A stretch of 64,000 nt of DNA from Octopus vulgaris (Eukaryota), in contig OX597820.1 in NCBI GenBank assembly GCA_951406725.2, forward strand, positions 70,804,001 to 70,868,000, given 5' to 3'. Of the stretch, positions 1 to 13,890 are shown piece after piece. The translations under genes and the position numbers were made by a program. The first letter of the stretch is position 1. Every line of letters starts with the position of its first letter. The notes beneath the pieces are model-generated. The model was given only the letters and a program-made list of their open reading frames with translations. It ran no database searches and was not told where the DNA came from.

Positions 1-119
1 TCTTCAAAATCTAAATAGCGTACCTCCAAACATCCTACTTAAATAACCTACTTACCGTACCAAATAACGTACCTTCAATCACGAGAGTCCTCATTGTTGT
101 CTGATAGCCTGTGTCCCTT

Positions 120-470
120 AATGACTCTGAGAGCTATGGCAGCAGGGCCAGAACTCCTATTATGCTTCTTATGCTGAACAGGTCAATGAATATAGGGCAG
201 AGTAATACGGACCACCACTTCCCAGAGATAAGAATGGGTGTGCATAGGGTTAATACCCCTACCTAGATAAAAGCGAAGTTACAGAAGCATCGATGAAAAT
301 TCAAAAACCTGAGAGAGACGGTCTTACGCGGTGCAACAAAATCCGATAGGCAAGTGCAAGACCGACTCCTTTACTAACCACCAGGAGAAAGCCCAGAGAC
401 GAGAACAGTGGAGAAAAGTCTTTTATGGCCACTGTTCCATAGAGAATGGAGAGCTTAAGTGGCTTACCTA
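120..470 (+). mobile_element. RTE-derived bipartite non-autonomous element (related copy ~57170-57580)
   Basis: Shared CCCTACCT..TAAAA...AAGTTACAGAAGCATC.A.GA.AATTCAAAA block; RTE C-terminal remnants AQRREQWR and LTWN...RGCPKNSWKR. Confidence 0.45.
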
Positions 471-606
471 CTCCCTACTTATTTCTGTTCTAGCCTGCAT
501 ACATATTCATCCTAGATCCCAAACTTCTCTAGAGAGAAAATCATCCCTCCTAGTTTCATCGTACTTTATATTTCCACGTCTGATTTTGTTTCTCACGTAT
601 ACCTTA

Positions 607-846
607 CTCTTTTACTTGTTTCAGTCATTTGACCGTGGCCATGCTGGAGCACCGCCTTTAGTCGAGCAAATCGACCCCAGGACTCATTCTTTGTAAGCTT
701 AGTACTCATTCTGTCGGTCCCTTTTGCCGAACCGCTAAGTTACGGAACGTAAACACACCACCATCGGTTGTCAAGCGATGTTGGGGGGACAAACACAGAC
801 ACACAAACATATACACACATATACATATATATGAAAGAAACCTGTC

Positions 847-892
<46 letters not shown>

Positions 893-1055
893 ATATATAT
901 ACGACGGGTTTCTTTCAGTTTCCGTCTACTCACAAGGCTTTGGTCGGCTCGAGGCTATAGTAGAAGACACTTGCCCAAGGTGCCACGCAGTGGGACTGAA
1001 CCCGAAACCATGTGGTTCGTAAGCAAATTACTTACCACACAGCCACTCCTGCGCC
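607..1055 (-). mobile_element. SINE family A (tRNA-like head, CORE-like CCTTGGGCAAG box, internal microsatellite, CR1-like tail)
   Basis: More than 12 copies, e.g. 12589-13005(-), 28313-28689(-), 40450-40810(-), 42501-42890(-), 51541-51958(+), 52528-53070(-). Confidence 0.85.
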
Positions 1056-3521
1056 TTCATCAATTTTACCCAGAATAATATCTAAGGTGTACAAGTTACT
1101 TCCATTTTTAGTATGCAATGTAAAAAGATAAAAGCGGTTGATTGAACGAATGATTGAGGCTATGGTGGGTTGTGAGTCCTTTTTCTTTAATCGATCTTGA
1201 ATAAATGCCATGATGAAAGTTCACTCTGGTGGACTTCCAATTCTAAACAATGAACCACAGAACAAGGTCTATTCACACTCTCTACTACTTCAATCAATGG
1301 TTCAAACACTGCTTTTGTCGTCTTCGTTGTCGTCGTCGTGGTTATCGTCGTCCTTGTTGAGGCACAAGTTTGTAGACATTTAAAAATGCGTGTGTGTGTG
1401 TGTGTGTGTGTGTATGTATTTGCTATTCAGGTGGAAAGAAGTGGTGATATACTAAATATAATTCACATAGAAGTAGGTGATGAAGTATTGAATTATATCA
1501 TCATCGTTATAATCGTCATTGTTATCATCATCATCATCATCATCGTCATAATCATCATCATCGTCATCATCATCATCATCAGTCACTGGACAAAACTGTC
1601 ACGAGTTCTAGAACTTATAGTGTTGTTTATCAGGTTTCATGGTGTTTAACAGACCTAGATCATAACATTCCCTCTGAACGAAACACCAGTCCGTTGCAGG
1701 TTACACATTTACAGCTTAGGGAACTGGAGCAACGTGAAGAACACAACGAAACGCCCGGTCCGGAATCGAAATTCCAATTTTGCAATTGTGAGTGCAACAT
1801 ACTAACCATTAATCCACGCGAATGCGTAAAAAAAAATATTTAACGAGCTACAAATTGCTTTTTAATTAGAGAAAAAAAAAAGAAGCAAAAACTAGCGGCA
1901 GATGTTAGCGACTCACAAACAGGAAGGGGAGGTAATTACATAAACTTAAAAAGTAATTTTGCAGAAACCGACTTTTCATGATTTGGAGAGTGGATGAGGA
2001 ACTTGGCTTTTGTTATTAGAAACGTGACAGTTACAGAATGTTTCGATCTGTCTGTAACTGACACGTTGTCAGATATTTTTTTTTTTTTTTTTTTTGTGCA
2101 TGAAAATACAATTTGCTATAAAAATTAATCTTTATTTCTTGAAAAATATTTTTTTTTCTTTTCTTTGAGCTTCGCAAACAGTTGCCACTTGGTTTCGTTA
2201 TCTGTCTCGTTCTTAAATACAATTTTTATTTATTAAGAATATTTTTTTATGTACGTCGTTTAGTACATTACCACTCAGCACATGGCGCAGTGATTACAGT
2301 GTTGGGTTGACGATCATAAGGTCGTGTGTTCGATACATTCACCAGTCAGTGCATTGTTTCTCTGAGAAACGCACTTCATTTTACGTTGCATCTGAACATT
2401 TCTAGTGACATAGCTTCAGTGTGTGCCGCCCGTAGCAGCGCTTGGGGTTACAGTCCCCCACCCTGGCTCCAAACCTATACAGGTTTACACAGTAGATTTA
2501 AAAGGGCTGCCCCCATAAAAGCGTCACCCAGAACGGACCGCCCTCCCTACTAGCTACGTTACTGTACAGCCCTCACTTCCGGGTACCATATCCTCGATGT
2601 TACGCAGGTCATGGGTTACAGGGCAGAGAAAAGTTTTCTATGTCAGCTTGTGGCTTCACAGGCACCTCAAAAAATTAACGGAAACATGGTACATGCTGGA
2701 GTCAATGTAATCGACTTGCCCTTCCCCTCAAAATTGCTGCCCTGGAACCCTGCTACGGACCTCTATCTCGTTCATGGGTGATGTTATGATCCCTGATATT
2801 GATTCGCTATGGGAACCGGGTAACCGGCTTTATGGGTACTCGGGCATAAAAGTAAAACAAGGGACACTAGCAAACGATTACAAATTTTGAGGCCGCGGGT
2901 ATATCCGATTAAATCGACAGACCCCGAGACTTAACTATTATTTCTAGTTTATCGATCCTACTATAATAAAAAGTAAAGCCGATTTCGTTAGGATTCGTAA
3001 TCAAAACGTTAAGATAAAGATCTTTAATTAAATACCAGCCAAGGTATTATGTCCAACACTTTAACGATTTTTCCAATCCAATCTATCACCTTTACTATCA
3101 GACCACACGTTGATAATATACTACTAGTTGTCCGTACACCTTCACAGGTAACACGGTGAATTGAATGATTGTAGAAAGCGTTTGGTAACTCGACGTGTTT
3201 GACATATTTCATTACTTTCAGTCAAATTCGTTCTGACATTCGTGAAAGGAAATATAATGTATAAGACTTAACCGACCAAAGTTATCTTGCTTCATGCAAT
3301 GTCTTTGATATTTCAGTCACTGAATTCTTTATGAATGTTGGAATCACTAGGGTTTCACAGCTAAGTAAACAGGAGAATAAATTAACTGCCATGGTGATAG
3401 ATACAACGATGGCAGGCAGGCAGGTATGGAACAGATTTTTGGTTTTCTTTCGTGTTGTTTTGTTGTTTTCTTTTTAAGGATTGATTATTGAACACGCTGC
3501 CGTGTATAGTAAATAATTATA

Positions 3522-3606
<85 letters not shown>

Positions 3607-3870
3607 ATGCGTGTGAAGGGTTGCAGGGATAAATTATCGTAATCGACAGGAACAGCACAACACAATGAAATTGTGAACCTTAACTCCATCCATCCATCCA
3701 CCCAGCCATACATACTTACATACACACATCCAGCCAACAAACCATGCATACATAGACGCATAAATTCATATGTGTGTATGCATGCTTGTATGTATGTATG
3801 TATGTATGTCCATGAATGTGCTATGCGTGGTTGTTTCTTCCTTCTCCTTACGATATATATATATATATAT

Positions 3871-3938
<68 letters not shown>

Positions 3939-4511
3939 CGCATATACACGCACACGTCTCTGTGTGTGAGTTATACACACGTGCTTTGCATGTCACATGC
4001 TTATACACGCAGAGCCGAAAGAGTCTTAATCATTTTATTAACTCCATTGTATACCTTACGTCAGTATTCAAGTTTAATTTTCTAAGATGTCTCCAACATC
4101 CCTACTATCCTTCATCCAGGCACGTGCAGACTAAAAGAAGACAAAGATCTCAAAAATGTGCCGTCTACTTCACAAAGCCAGGGAAAGGAAAACGGATAAG
4201 ACAATTTTTTTTAGCCTTCACAATTGTCTCGAAGAACAAAGTAAAGCTTTCCAAGGTTCAGGAAACCATCATAGATGAGGACAAGAAGCAAATTTAATTG
4301 GAAGAAAAGTTGGTTGAAGGTTTCTTACGCAGAATCAACGAAGGTACTTTTAACGACGACAAAACCACTAAGAAGATTACAAAAGACTTTAAAAGTTCTT
4401 TTGTACCACACGTAAAAAGAGAAATGATTACCGTGAAGTGTTGAGGCCATAACTATTTCAAGGTTTTGCTGCAGCCGGAAGTCACTGTTAAGTAACTACA
4501 TTTCTGCTGCT

Positions 4512-4729
4512 GCTTCTTCTGCTTCTTCTTCTTCTTCTTCTTCTTCTTCTTCTTCTTCTTCTTCTTCTTCTTCTTCTTCTTCTTCTTCTTCCTTTTTCTT
4601 CTTCTTCTTCTTCCTCCTCCCTTTCTTCTTCTGCCTCTCTTTCTTCTTCTTCTTCTTCTTCTTCTTCTTCTTCTTCTTCTTCTTCTTCTTCTTCTTCTTC
4701 TTCTTCTTCTTCTTCTTCTTCTTCTTCTT
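4512..4729. repeat. (TTC)n microsatellite
   Basis: Direct reading; source of the spurious poly-E/K/R ORFs. Confidence 0.95.
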
Positions 4730-5735
4730 CATTATACACTCACTACAAAGTTTCTGATAGTCGCTCATATCAATGTACTTAGTCTAATGGCAGTCTTTTA
4801 ATGAACGACCGGGATTTCCTACATTTTTCCTTAACGATTGCAAGATTTTCATTTCCCATGCAACTGCTAATAACTGTGCCCCGGAGCATGGTTTCTGCAT
4901 GCGTAAGATTTAATAGTTGGAGTGTAAAGCTCATGATCATAAAGTGGGTTCAATTTTTGAACCGGGTGGTGCATTTAATCGTCGAGAAAGAAATTTCTTT
5001 TCATGTTATTTAAGTCTACTCAGCCGTAATAAGAACCCACCTTATACTGGTGCACCCCCTCTCTATCTCTAACTGTTGCAATCTGGATGTTTGTCGGGGC
5101 TGAGACGTTGCTTATGACTATCCACGACTTCAAAGACACCTAAAACAATTAGCAAACATTTGACTTTACTGCACTTTTTTTTTGTTGAAAAAAGAGGAAT
5201 TTTGAGGTGGCAGCCATTTATGATTAAACAAGAAAGCAACGATCAGACTTCTTCATATGCTTGGTAATAATCCTGGGAAAATCCCTGCCTATTTGTATTT
5301 ATCTGTTGTAATGGGGCGGTGAGATAGCAGAACCGTTACCGCCTCTGGTAAAATGTTTTGCGGTATTTTCTCCAGCTCTTTAGATTCTCAGTTCAAATGC
5401 CGCCGAAGTTCACTTTGCCTTTCGTTCTTCCAGGGTCGATAAAGTAAAGTAGCAGTCAAATACTGTGAGCGATGTAATCGACTTCACGCCCCTGTAAAAA
5501 CTCCTGGCCTTGTGCCAAAATTAGAAAACGATTATTTATTGGAATGAAGGCTTAGCTGAGAATTAGTATAGTGATCTAAAGGCGAATAGAAAATTGGCAT
5601 GGCCTACATGCCACTAGCCACTGCGATTATTTCTCTTACTTCATTTGTGTGTGTATGTGTGTGAGTACATATATATATATATGTGTGTGTGTGTGCGTGT
5701 GTGTGTGCGTGTGTGTACATGTGTGTGTGTGTGTA

Positions 5736-5960
5736 CGAAGGGGTGTTGAAAAGTTCCTAGCTTTAAAGACAACGCGAAAGACCTAACTGGAAGTTCAACC
5801 TTCTAAGTTTTTCTTCTTTTTTTTTAGGTGGGTTAGAAAAGCAAAAGATCCGCGGCAATAAGTGTGTGAATCGGGAATCTGAGAGGGGAATATGTTGAAT
5901 AAAATCATAATTAACTGATCCTCTTGTATGTTCCTCTAGGATTTTTACAGCAGCCCCTTG
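5736..5960. mobile_element. Mariner-like MITE
   Basis: TA|CGAAGGGGTGTTGAAAAG ... TTTTACAGCAGCCCCTTG|TA imperfect TIRs. Confidence 0.6.
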
Positions 5961-5998
5961 TATATATATACAATATATACATATACATGTATATATAT

Positions 5999-6463
5999 AA
6001 AGTCTATTTACCAACGCAACGTGGCAGTCATACGCAGGACAACGCTACTACTTTGTAGCCCCAGAAAGGCATCCTTTCAAGCTGGCTACCGACACATGGT
6101 CTGTGTCCGTATACTGTGAGCAAGGGAGTCTACTTGCTCCCTTTCTAGCCTTAGCGATACCTGTAGACCAATGGTTTTTGGGTAATTTCCCTTCGTCGGT
6201 ACTGGACAACCACGGACTATAGCTAGCAGACACTCCCTCTTGTTCACAGTATATACTTTTAAAGCTGCACACAGTCGCTGATCTCGTAAAGAGGAAAACA
6301 ACTAGTTTTAAATCTCTGAGCGAGAAATATGTAGTAACAATACCGAACAGTAAAGTCTATTTGCCAACGCAACGTGGCAGTCCTACGCAGGACGATGTTA
6401 CTGCTTTTTAGACCCAGGAAAACATCTTTACCAGCTGGCTACCAACACCTGACCTGTGTCCGT
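5999..6463 (-). mobile_element. Penelope pseudo-LTR/retrozyme-like element (~1.3 copies of a 353-bp unit)
   Basis: ~110-bp direct repeats at 5999-6110 and 6352-6462, hammerhead between them, microsatellite flanks. Confidence 0.55.
6161..6204 (-). ncRNA. Degenerate hammerhead inside a ~353-bp tandem unit
   Basis: GTA-CCGACGA-AGGG aaatta CCC-A-AAAA-CCATTGG-TC-TAC; core substitutions at U4 and G12. Confidence 0.5.
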
Positions 6464-6489
6464 TTACACATACATACATACATACATAC

Positions 6490-6570
<81 letters not shown>

Positions 6571-6757
6571 AAACAACTAAGAATATAACATTGTGAAGTC
6601 GTTGTAGCTGTTTAGCCAGGGTCGACCCTAAGCGAGCAGACCTATGATCAAAGGTGATGCAGCAGTGACCACACCGCCATTTTTCAAACATCGGCTGCCC
6701 TAGACTATAACATTCAATGTGACCAATACTTTTAAAATGACAGGAGTTTAGTTTGAA

Positions 6758-7750
6758 AGGCGCTGAGCTGGCAGAATCGTTACCACGTCGGGCGAAATGC
6801 TTAGCGGTATTTCGTCTGCCGCTACGTTCTGAGTTCAAATTCCGCCGAGGTCGACTTTGCCTTTCATCCTTTCGGGGTCGATTAAATAAGTACCAGTTAT
6901 GCACTGGGGGCGATATATACGACTTAATCCGTTTGTCTGTCCTTGTTTGTCCTATTTCGTCTGCCGCTACGTTCTAAGTTCAAATTCCGTCGAGGTCGAT
7001 TTTGCCTTTCATCCTTTCGGGGTCGATTAAATAAGTACCAGTTATGCACTGGGGTCGATATATACGACTTAATCCGTTTGTCTGTCCTTGTATGTCCTCT
7101 CTGTGTTTAGCCCCTTGTGGTTAGTAAAGAAATAGGTATTTCGTCTGCTGCTACATTCTGAGTTCAAATTCCGCCGAGGTCGACTTTGCCTTTCATCCTT
7201 TCGGGGTCGATAAATAAAGTACCAGTTACGCACTGGGGTCGATGTAATCGAATTAATCTCTTTGTCTGTCCTTGTTTGTCCCCTTTATGTTTAGCCCCTT
7301 GTGGGCAATAAAAAAAATTTTTTAATCAAAATTTTTTTTAAATTAGAAGAAACGTTAGAACGCCGGGCGAAATGCTTAGCAGTATTTCGTCTGCCACTAC
7401 GTTCTGAGTTCAAATTCCGCCGAGGTCGATTTTGCCTTTCATCCTTTCGGGGTCGATTAAATAATTGCCAGTTACGCACTGGGGTCGATATATACGATTT
7501 AATCCGTTTGTCTGTCCTTGTTTGTCCCCTCTGTGTTTAGCCCCTTGTGGGTAGTAAAGGAAGAGGTATTTCGTCTGCTATTACATTCTGAATTCAAATT
7601 CCGCCGAGGTCGACTTTGCCTTTCATCCTTTCGGGCCCGATAAATTAAGTACCATTTACGCACTGGGGTCGATGAAATCTACTTAATCCCTTTGTCTGTC
7701 CTTGTTTGTCTCTTCTGTGTTTAGCCCCTTGTGTGCAATAAAGAAATAAG
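6758..7750 (+). repeat. Tandem array of SINE family B (Nin-domain-like), five ~150-245-bp units
   Basis: Repeated TATTTCGTCTG...GAGTTCAAATTCCGCCGAGGTCGACTTTGCCTTTCATCCTTTCGGGGTCGAT..AAGTACCAG; dispersed copies at 26205-26435, 38870-39085, 47020-47710, 60760-61090. Confidence 0.85.
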
Positions 7751-8593
7751 AGTTTAGTTTGAAGGAGATGAGATTTAGTTTAATGTTTTAAGTAGGTCGA
7801 TCGACCACAAGGAGGCTCCCTCGTTAACTCATAAATTTCTCTATTGTTTGAAGTTGTGTTTGACGTCTTGCATCAGCCAATCACTATGGAGAAAGCCAGG
7901 TTTCTACAACGATGTTCATTAACATTGACATGTACCAGCGATGTTACTTTATAAGTTTAATTATCTATTTGCTTCAGATTGTTTTGGTGACGTAACTTCA
8001 ACAGAAATTGTTTCTATGGTTAAATTTATAGAAATTTTAATATTATATTGCAAGAAGTTGGCTGCTGTATGTGAATATAGAATTCAACACTATCTTTCTT
8101 TTACTTGTTTCAATCATTAAACTGCGGCCATGATGGGGCACTGCCTCGAAAAATTCTTAGTCGAATGATTCCACCCCAAAACTCATTTTAAGCCAGGTAC
8201 ACAGGCACAAATACACACACACACACATACTCTTTTACGCGTTTCAGTCATCTGATTGGGGCAATGCTGGAGCACCGCTCTTAGTCGAACAAATAGACCC
8301 CAGGTCCTATTTTTTGTAAGCCTAGTACTTATTCTACCGACCTCTTTTGACGAACAGCTAAGTTTCAGTGACATAAACACGCCAACATCGGTCACCAATC
8401 GATGGCGAGGTGACAAACAGACACAAAGACACACACGCATAGATATATATATACATCAACCAAATCCACTCGCAAGGCTTTTGCCGGCCCGAAGCTGTAA
8501 CAGAAGATACTTGCCTAAGGTGCCAAGCAGTGGGATTGAACGCGGAACCATGTGATTGGGAAGCAAGTTTCTTACCACACAGCCACGCCTACT

Positions 8594-8697
<104 letters not shown>

Positions 8698-9099
8698 CAT
8701 TGCACTTTTAATCTTTTACTTGTTTCAGTCATTTGAGTGCGGCCATGCTGGAGCACCGCGTTGACATGTATACAACGGGGCTTTTTTCAATTTCCGTCAA
8801 CCAAATCCACTCGCAAGGATTTGGTCGGCCCAGGACTACAGTACAAAACACTTGCCCAAGTTGCCACGCTGTGGAACTGAACCCAAGACCATGTGGTTGG
8901 AAAGAAAACTTCCTCTTACACATCCACGCCTATACATAGATACATACACACACACATATATCTATATATGTATCGTGCATGCATGCATCTGTATATATGT
9001 ATGTATGCATGTATGTATGTATGGATGGATGGATGGATGGATGGATGGATGGATGGATGGATGGATGGATGAATGGATGGATGGATGGATGGATGGAAG

Positions 9100-9415
9100 T
9101 ATGTGCAGATTCGTATATTTTATGTATGAATTCGCATGCATATAGTTACATATCTAGATATGTTCATATATATTTAAATGATAAACTTCTGGAAAGTTTT
9201 ACAGATTTTTACCGTTCCAGTGATGGATTGGATTTGTAGTCTTCGAATTAGCTTTCTTCTTTCTGGTTTTGAGAAGCTTAATTCCTCAAGATTGGTATTT
9301 AGGTTGTGTGTTACATATCCCAGGGCCCCAACAATTACAAGTATTAAACCTGATCTTGTAATCTGGATAGAGTAAATGCGGATTTCTCAATAGTTCAGCA
9401 TAGGTATTCTCTTTA
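9100..9415 (-). mobile_element. 3' fragment of REL-endonuclease (R4/Dong-like) non-LTR retrotransposon
   Basis: KENTYAELLRN..LLYPDYK; VIVGALGYVTHNLNTNLEELSF...[19 protein letters not shown]. Confidence 0.75.
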
Positions 9416-10449
9416 TGTATGTATGCATGTATGTATGTATGTATGCATGTATGTATGTATGTATGTATGTATGTATGTATATATGTATGTATGTATGTAT
9501 GTATAATAAGAAGGTCATAAAATGTTGGCGAAGAAAAAGAAACGTATATTTAATTCAGTTTTCTCTAGATTATAACAGACTAGAATTTTAGGTTATCCAC
9601 CCTGGATAAATGAAAAGCTAATGTGGCATATAAGCTTTGAAATCAGAATGCGAAGGAACTTAATTAAATAAATCAATTTATTTACTGCGATGTGAAGACG
9701 CATGGTCTAGAGGTTAAGCCGTTGCACTCATGATCGCAACATCGTGGTTTCAATTCCTAGACTAGACGATGTGTTGTATTCTTGAGCAAAACACTTCATT
9801 ACACGTTGCTCCAGTTTACTTAGCTATGAATAAGTAATCCTGCAAGGAACCGGCATCCCTTTAAGGGAGACTTCTGTGATTACTGTCACTCATACACCAT
9901 GAAAACCGGATAATTAGCATTATGAGTTCTAGGATTCGAGACAGTTATATCCAAGGGCAGTTAACTGCTTTTTACTTCACTATTTATCTAGACACTCTAT
10001 CATTTCAATCAATATCCTTCTGTTCATCATGGAAAGGAATGTGGAAATGTTACTTCTATAGTGCAGCAAGTAGACAGGGCTGGGTGGTTCAGAAGTTCGC
10101 TTCATAACCATGTGGTTTGTCCAGTTTCGATTCCACTGTTTAGGCTTTAGGCTTTGGGAAAATGTTTCTGCCTTTACCTTGGGTTGGCCAACGCCTTGTG
10201 AATGACATCTTGTTGATGGAATTATGCAGAAAACCAGCATTTAGATAAGTTTCTTTATTGGCCACACAGGGCTGCACACAGATGGGACAAGTTACAAGGT
10301 AGAACTTTTCTTTTGGGGGAAGAAAAAAACAAAAAAACAAAAGAAAAAAAGGGGGGTGGCGTAGGTTTTCGATCAAGAGGGATCGTAAAAGGGAAGAAAA
10401 GAACAAAAAAAAGAAAAAAGAAAAGAATAAAAAGAAAAAAAAAAATAGA

Positions 10450-10490
<41 letters not shown>

Positions 10491-10551
10491 TGACAGACAA
10501 ACACAGATTGACAGACAAACAGACAGGTAAATAAATAGATGCGTGTGTGTG

Positions 10552-10591
<40 letters not shown>

Positions 10592-10792
10592 TGTGTGTGT
10601 GTATGTGTGTGTGTGTGTGTGTAGTATTTCTACAGTGTTATAAATTTAGTCTCATAACAGCTTATTCATGTTGCCGTACGGTTTCATGTTATAGCTCTTA
10701 ACTGTATCATTTCTCTGAGTAGCAAGCTGATGACATTGATTGCGAACATGCTGTTGCTTTAGCTTTTGTTCTTTGGCATATATATATATATG

Positions 10793-11092
10793 CAGTTGAC
10801 TTGCGGATCCGGGTTTCCAGGCTTGCTCTTCACACAGATTTCTTTGGGTTCCGACAACGCGTTTCCCGAAGTTGGTTCACCATCTCTTCTGAAACGGCTG
10901 ACCGTCCAAATCCTTTTTTCCGACAAAAACAGCCTTCTTCTTGAAGGTTTTTTATTCCACGTCCAAATTTGCTCCCCTATTGGCACTTGTTTATGAAATC
11001 TTCTGACAAATACACGTTGGACATTCACATTTGACTGAATTTGGGCGGACTTCTATACACAAAAACGTCTTTTCTGTTGCAGTAAACGGCAT
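10793..11092 (-). pseudogene. Tc1/mariner transposase N-terminal HTH (DUF4817-like) remnant
   Basis: Across frameshifts: MPFTATEK.FC...VQRVFVRRF..QIWTW.K.FQEEGCFCRKKGFGR..VSEE...NPKKSV.RAS. Confidence 0.7.
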
Positions 11093-11584
11093 GTCTAATC
11101 CGAAAAAGGAAAAAAAACATAAAGAAGATCATATTATAAAAAGGTATTGAATTCTAGACTACTGCTAAAATTTGAGAGAATTTGAAAGAAAATCGTTCAC
11201 GTTGTTAGATGATGAAATTATATCAAATTTTGGGGAGTATTATGAAATTCGCATTGAAGCTTTAGAATGTATGAAAATGTGTATATAGAGCGAGAAAGTA
11301 AGATAAACATACCATCTATTGCTTCAATATGAATACATCATTCAAAATACTGCCAAAATACCACCTGGATTTACCTGGGATTTTAACTAAGGACCTTACC
11401 CCCATGGAAATACTAACCAACATCCTCTGGAAAAAGATGAGTTGTGAACACTATTCTCCCGCCTGTATTATTCTTCATACTACATTTACTCTTTGTTACA
11501 CTTCTATTTTATTTCTTGTAAACTGTGAATTAATTTTATTCCTTGTAAACTGTACATTTTCCCTGTCTAGAACTTTCATTCTTT

Positions 11585-11660
11585 GTCTCTGATGACGGAG
11601 TGCCCAATGCGTAGACATGCTACCCTACCACTTGGGTTATCCCACAAACGGCTGTAAGAC
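11585..11660 (+). ncRNA. Degenerate hammerhead
   Basis: GTCT-CTGATGA-stem II (GCCCAA/TTGGGT)-CAAA(G12C)-CGGCTG-TA-AGAC. Confidence 0.5.
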
Positions 11661-11730
11661 TTCAAATTCACCTTACCCTAATTAAATGACTTGACATGCT
11701 CGTTCTTCTTTCGTTTTTGCTTTTTCCTCT

Positions 11731-11777
<47 letters not shown>

Positions 11778-11864
11778 GTATATATATATATGTGTGTGTG
11801 TGTGTGTATGTATATATATGTATATATATATGTATGTATGTATGTATGTATATATATGTATATA

Positions 11865-11914
<50 letters not shown>

Positions 11915-11980
11915 TATATATAGAGAGAGGGGGAGAGAAAGAACGAGAGAAAGAGAGAGAGAAATAAAATATATGTGTAG

Positions 11981-12028
<48 letters not shown>

Positions 12029-12389
12029 GTTACATGCAAGTTATTGTACATCTCCGATGATTGATTTATAAGGAAATATAAAAAAAAATCTCTAATGAAA
12101 AGGATTTAAACACAAACACAGTAATATCATTCGATATAATATACTTGAATGAAAAGTCATAAATCTGCGTTTGCAAGTAACTACATATGTACGTATTTAT
12201 ATCCGAAGCGACACCTCGTACACAGACAACTGCAACGACCTTAAACCTAAAATCCATATAAGTGAAGCAGAGTGTTACGTGTGTATAAACGCTCTTTCCG
12301 GTTGTCTTTCTGTAAAATGTATTATTCATATTAAAATCGCATTTGTTATTTATATTCACTTAATATATCATATAAACCTTTAGGCTCAA

Positions 12390-12451
12390 ATCGCATACTT
12401 TGCATTTATGTAGGAAACGACATTCACACACACACACACAAGTATATATAT

Positions 12452-12505
<54 letters not shown>

Positions 12506-12567
12506 GGATATATATACTTGTGTGTGTGTGTGAATGTCGTTTCCTACATAAATGCAAAGTATGCGAT
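12390..12567. repeat. Near-perfect palindrome centred on a (TA)n tract
   Basis: ATCGCATACTTTGCATTTATGTAGGAAACGACATTCAC... mirrored exactly on the other side. Confidence 0.9.
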
Positions 12568-12798
12568 ATATATATATATATATATATATCTTTTACTTGA
12601 TTCAGTCATTTGACTGCGGCCATGCTGGAGCACCACCTTTTTAGTCGAGCAAATCGACCCCGTGACTTATTCTTTGTAAGCCCAGTACTTATTCTATCGG
12701 TCTCTTTTACCGAACTGCTAAGTGACGGGGACGTAAACACACCAGCATCGGTTGTCAAGCAATGCTAGGGGGACAAACACAGACACACAAACACATAT

Positions 12799-12852
<54 letters not shown>

Positions 12853-13005
12853 GCTTCTTTCAGTTTCCGTCTACCAAATCCACTCACAAGGCATTGGTCG
12901 GCCCGGGGCTATAGCAGAAAACATTTGCCCAAGATGCCACGCAGTGGACTGAACCCGGAACCATGTGGTTGGTTAGCAAGCTACTTACCACACAGCCACT
13001 CCTGC

Positions 13006-13081
<76 letters not shown>

Positions 13082-13563
13082 CATGTATGTATGTATGTAT
13101 GTATGTATTCTTTATAATAGATACATGCATACGACCACCGGCCATCTTTCTTTCTAGATGAAACAAGGAAGACGTGTCCTTGTTTGTCTCCTGCCCCAGC
13201 TTGATTTACGCGTTCGCCGCCACAACCTCGATTAGGCTTAGCAGCCCTTCCTGTTTGTTTTCACTGTCCTGTTTGTGTTACCAATTGTGACCCTCCTCAA
13301 AATACCAAATTTTAATTATTTTGCTTTGCGGGAGCAACAGTTTTATCGAAAGCGTATATTGTTATTAAATGCTCGAAATACAAGACTAGAAAACCAGCCA
13401 AAAACTGTTTAAAGAGTCGCTTTTTACGTTGTTTATTTTGTTGTATATATGTATATATATATATGAATGTACATATGTGTTATATATGTTATATATATAT
13501 ATATGTGTGTGTGTGTTGTGTGTGTGTGTTGTGTGTGTGTGTGTTGTGTGTGTGTGTTATATG

Positions 13564-13650
<87 letters not shown>

Positions 13651-13680
13651 ATATATATGTATATATATTATGTATATATG

Positions 13681-13712
<32 letters not shown>

Positions 13713-13828
13713 TGTATATACATATATACATATATATGTATATATGTATATATATATATATACATATATGTATATATATATGTACATATACGTATATATG
13801 TATATATATATACATATATGTATGTATG

Positions 13829-13864
<36 letters not shown>

Positions 13865-13890
13865 TATATATGTATATAGATATATATGTA

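Noticed and set aside
3024-3212. Possible exon of a second host gene in the first 19 kb
   Set aside because: No convincing splice chain or recognisable protein motif
4488-4768. Poly-E/K/R ORFs
   Set aside because: (TTC)n microsatellite
6758-7750. CRISPR-like regular repeats
   Set aside because: No unique spacers, no cas genes, eukaryotic context; units are SINE bodies
13320-13400. GAGC...GCTC-GAAA stem resembling a hammerhead
   Set aside because: CUGANGA box and stem III are not recognisable; at most a very decayed copy
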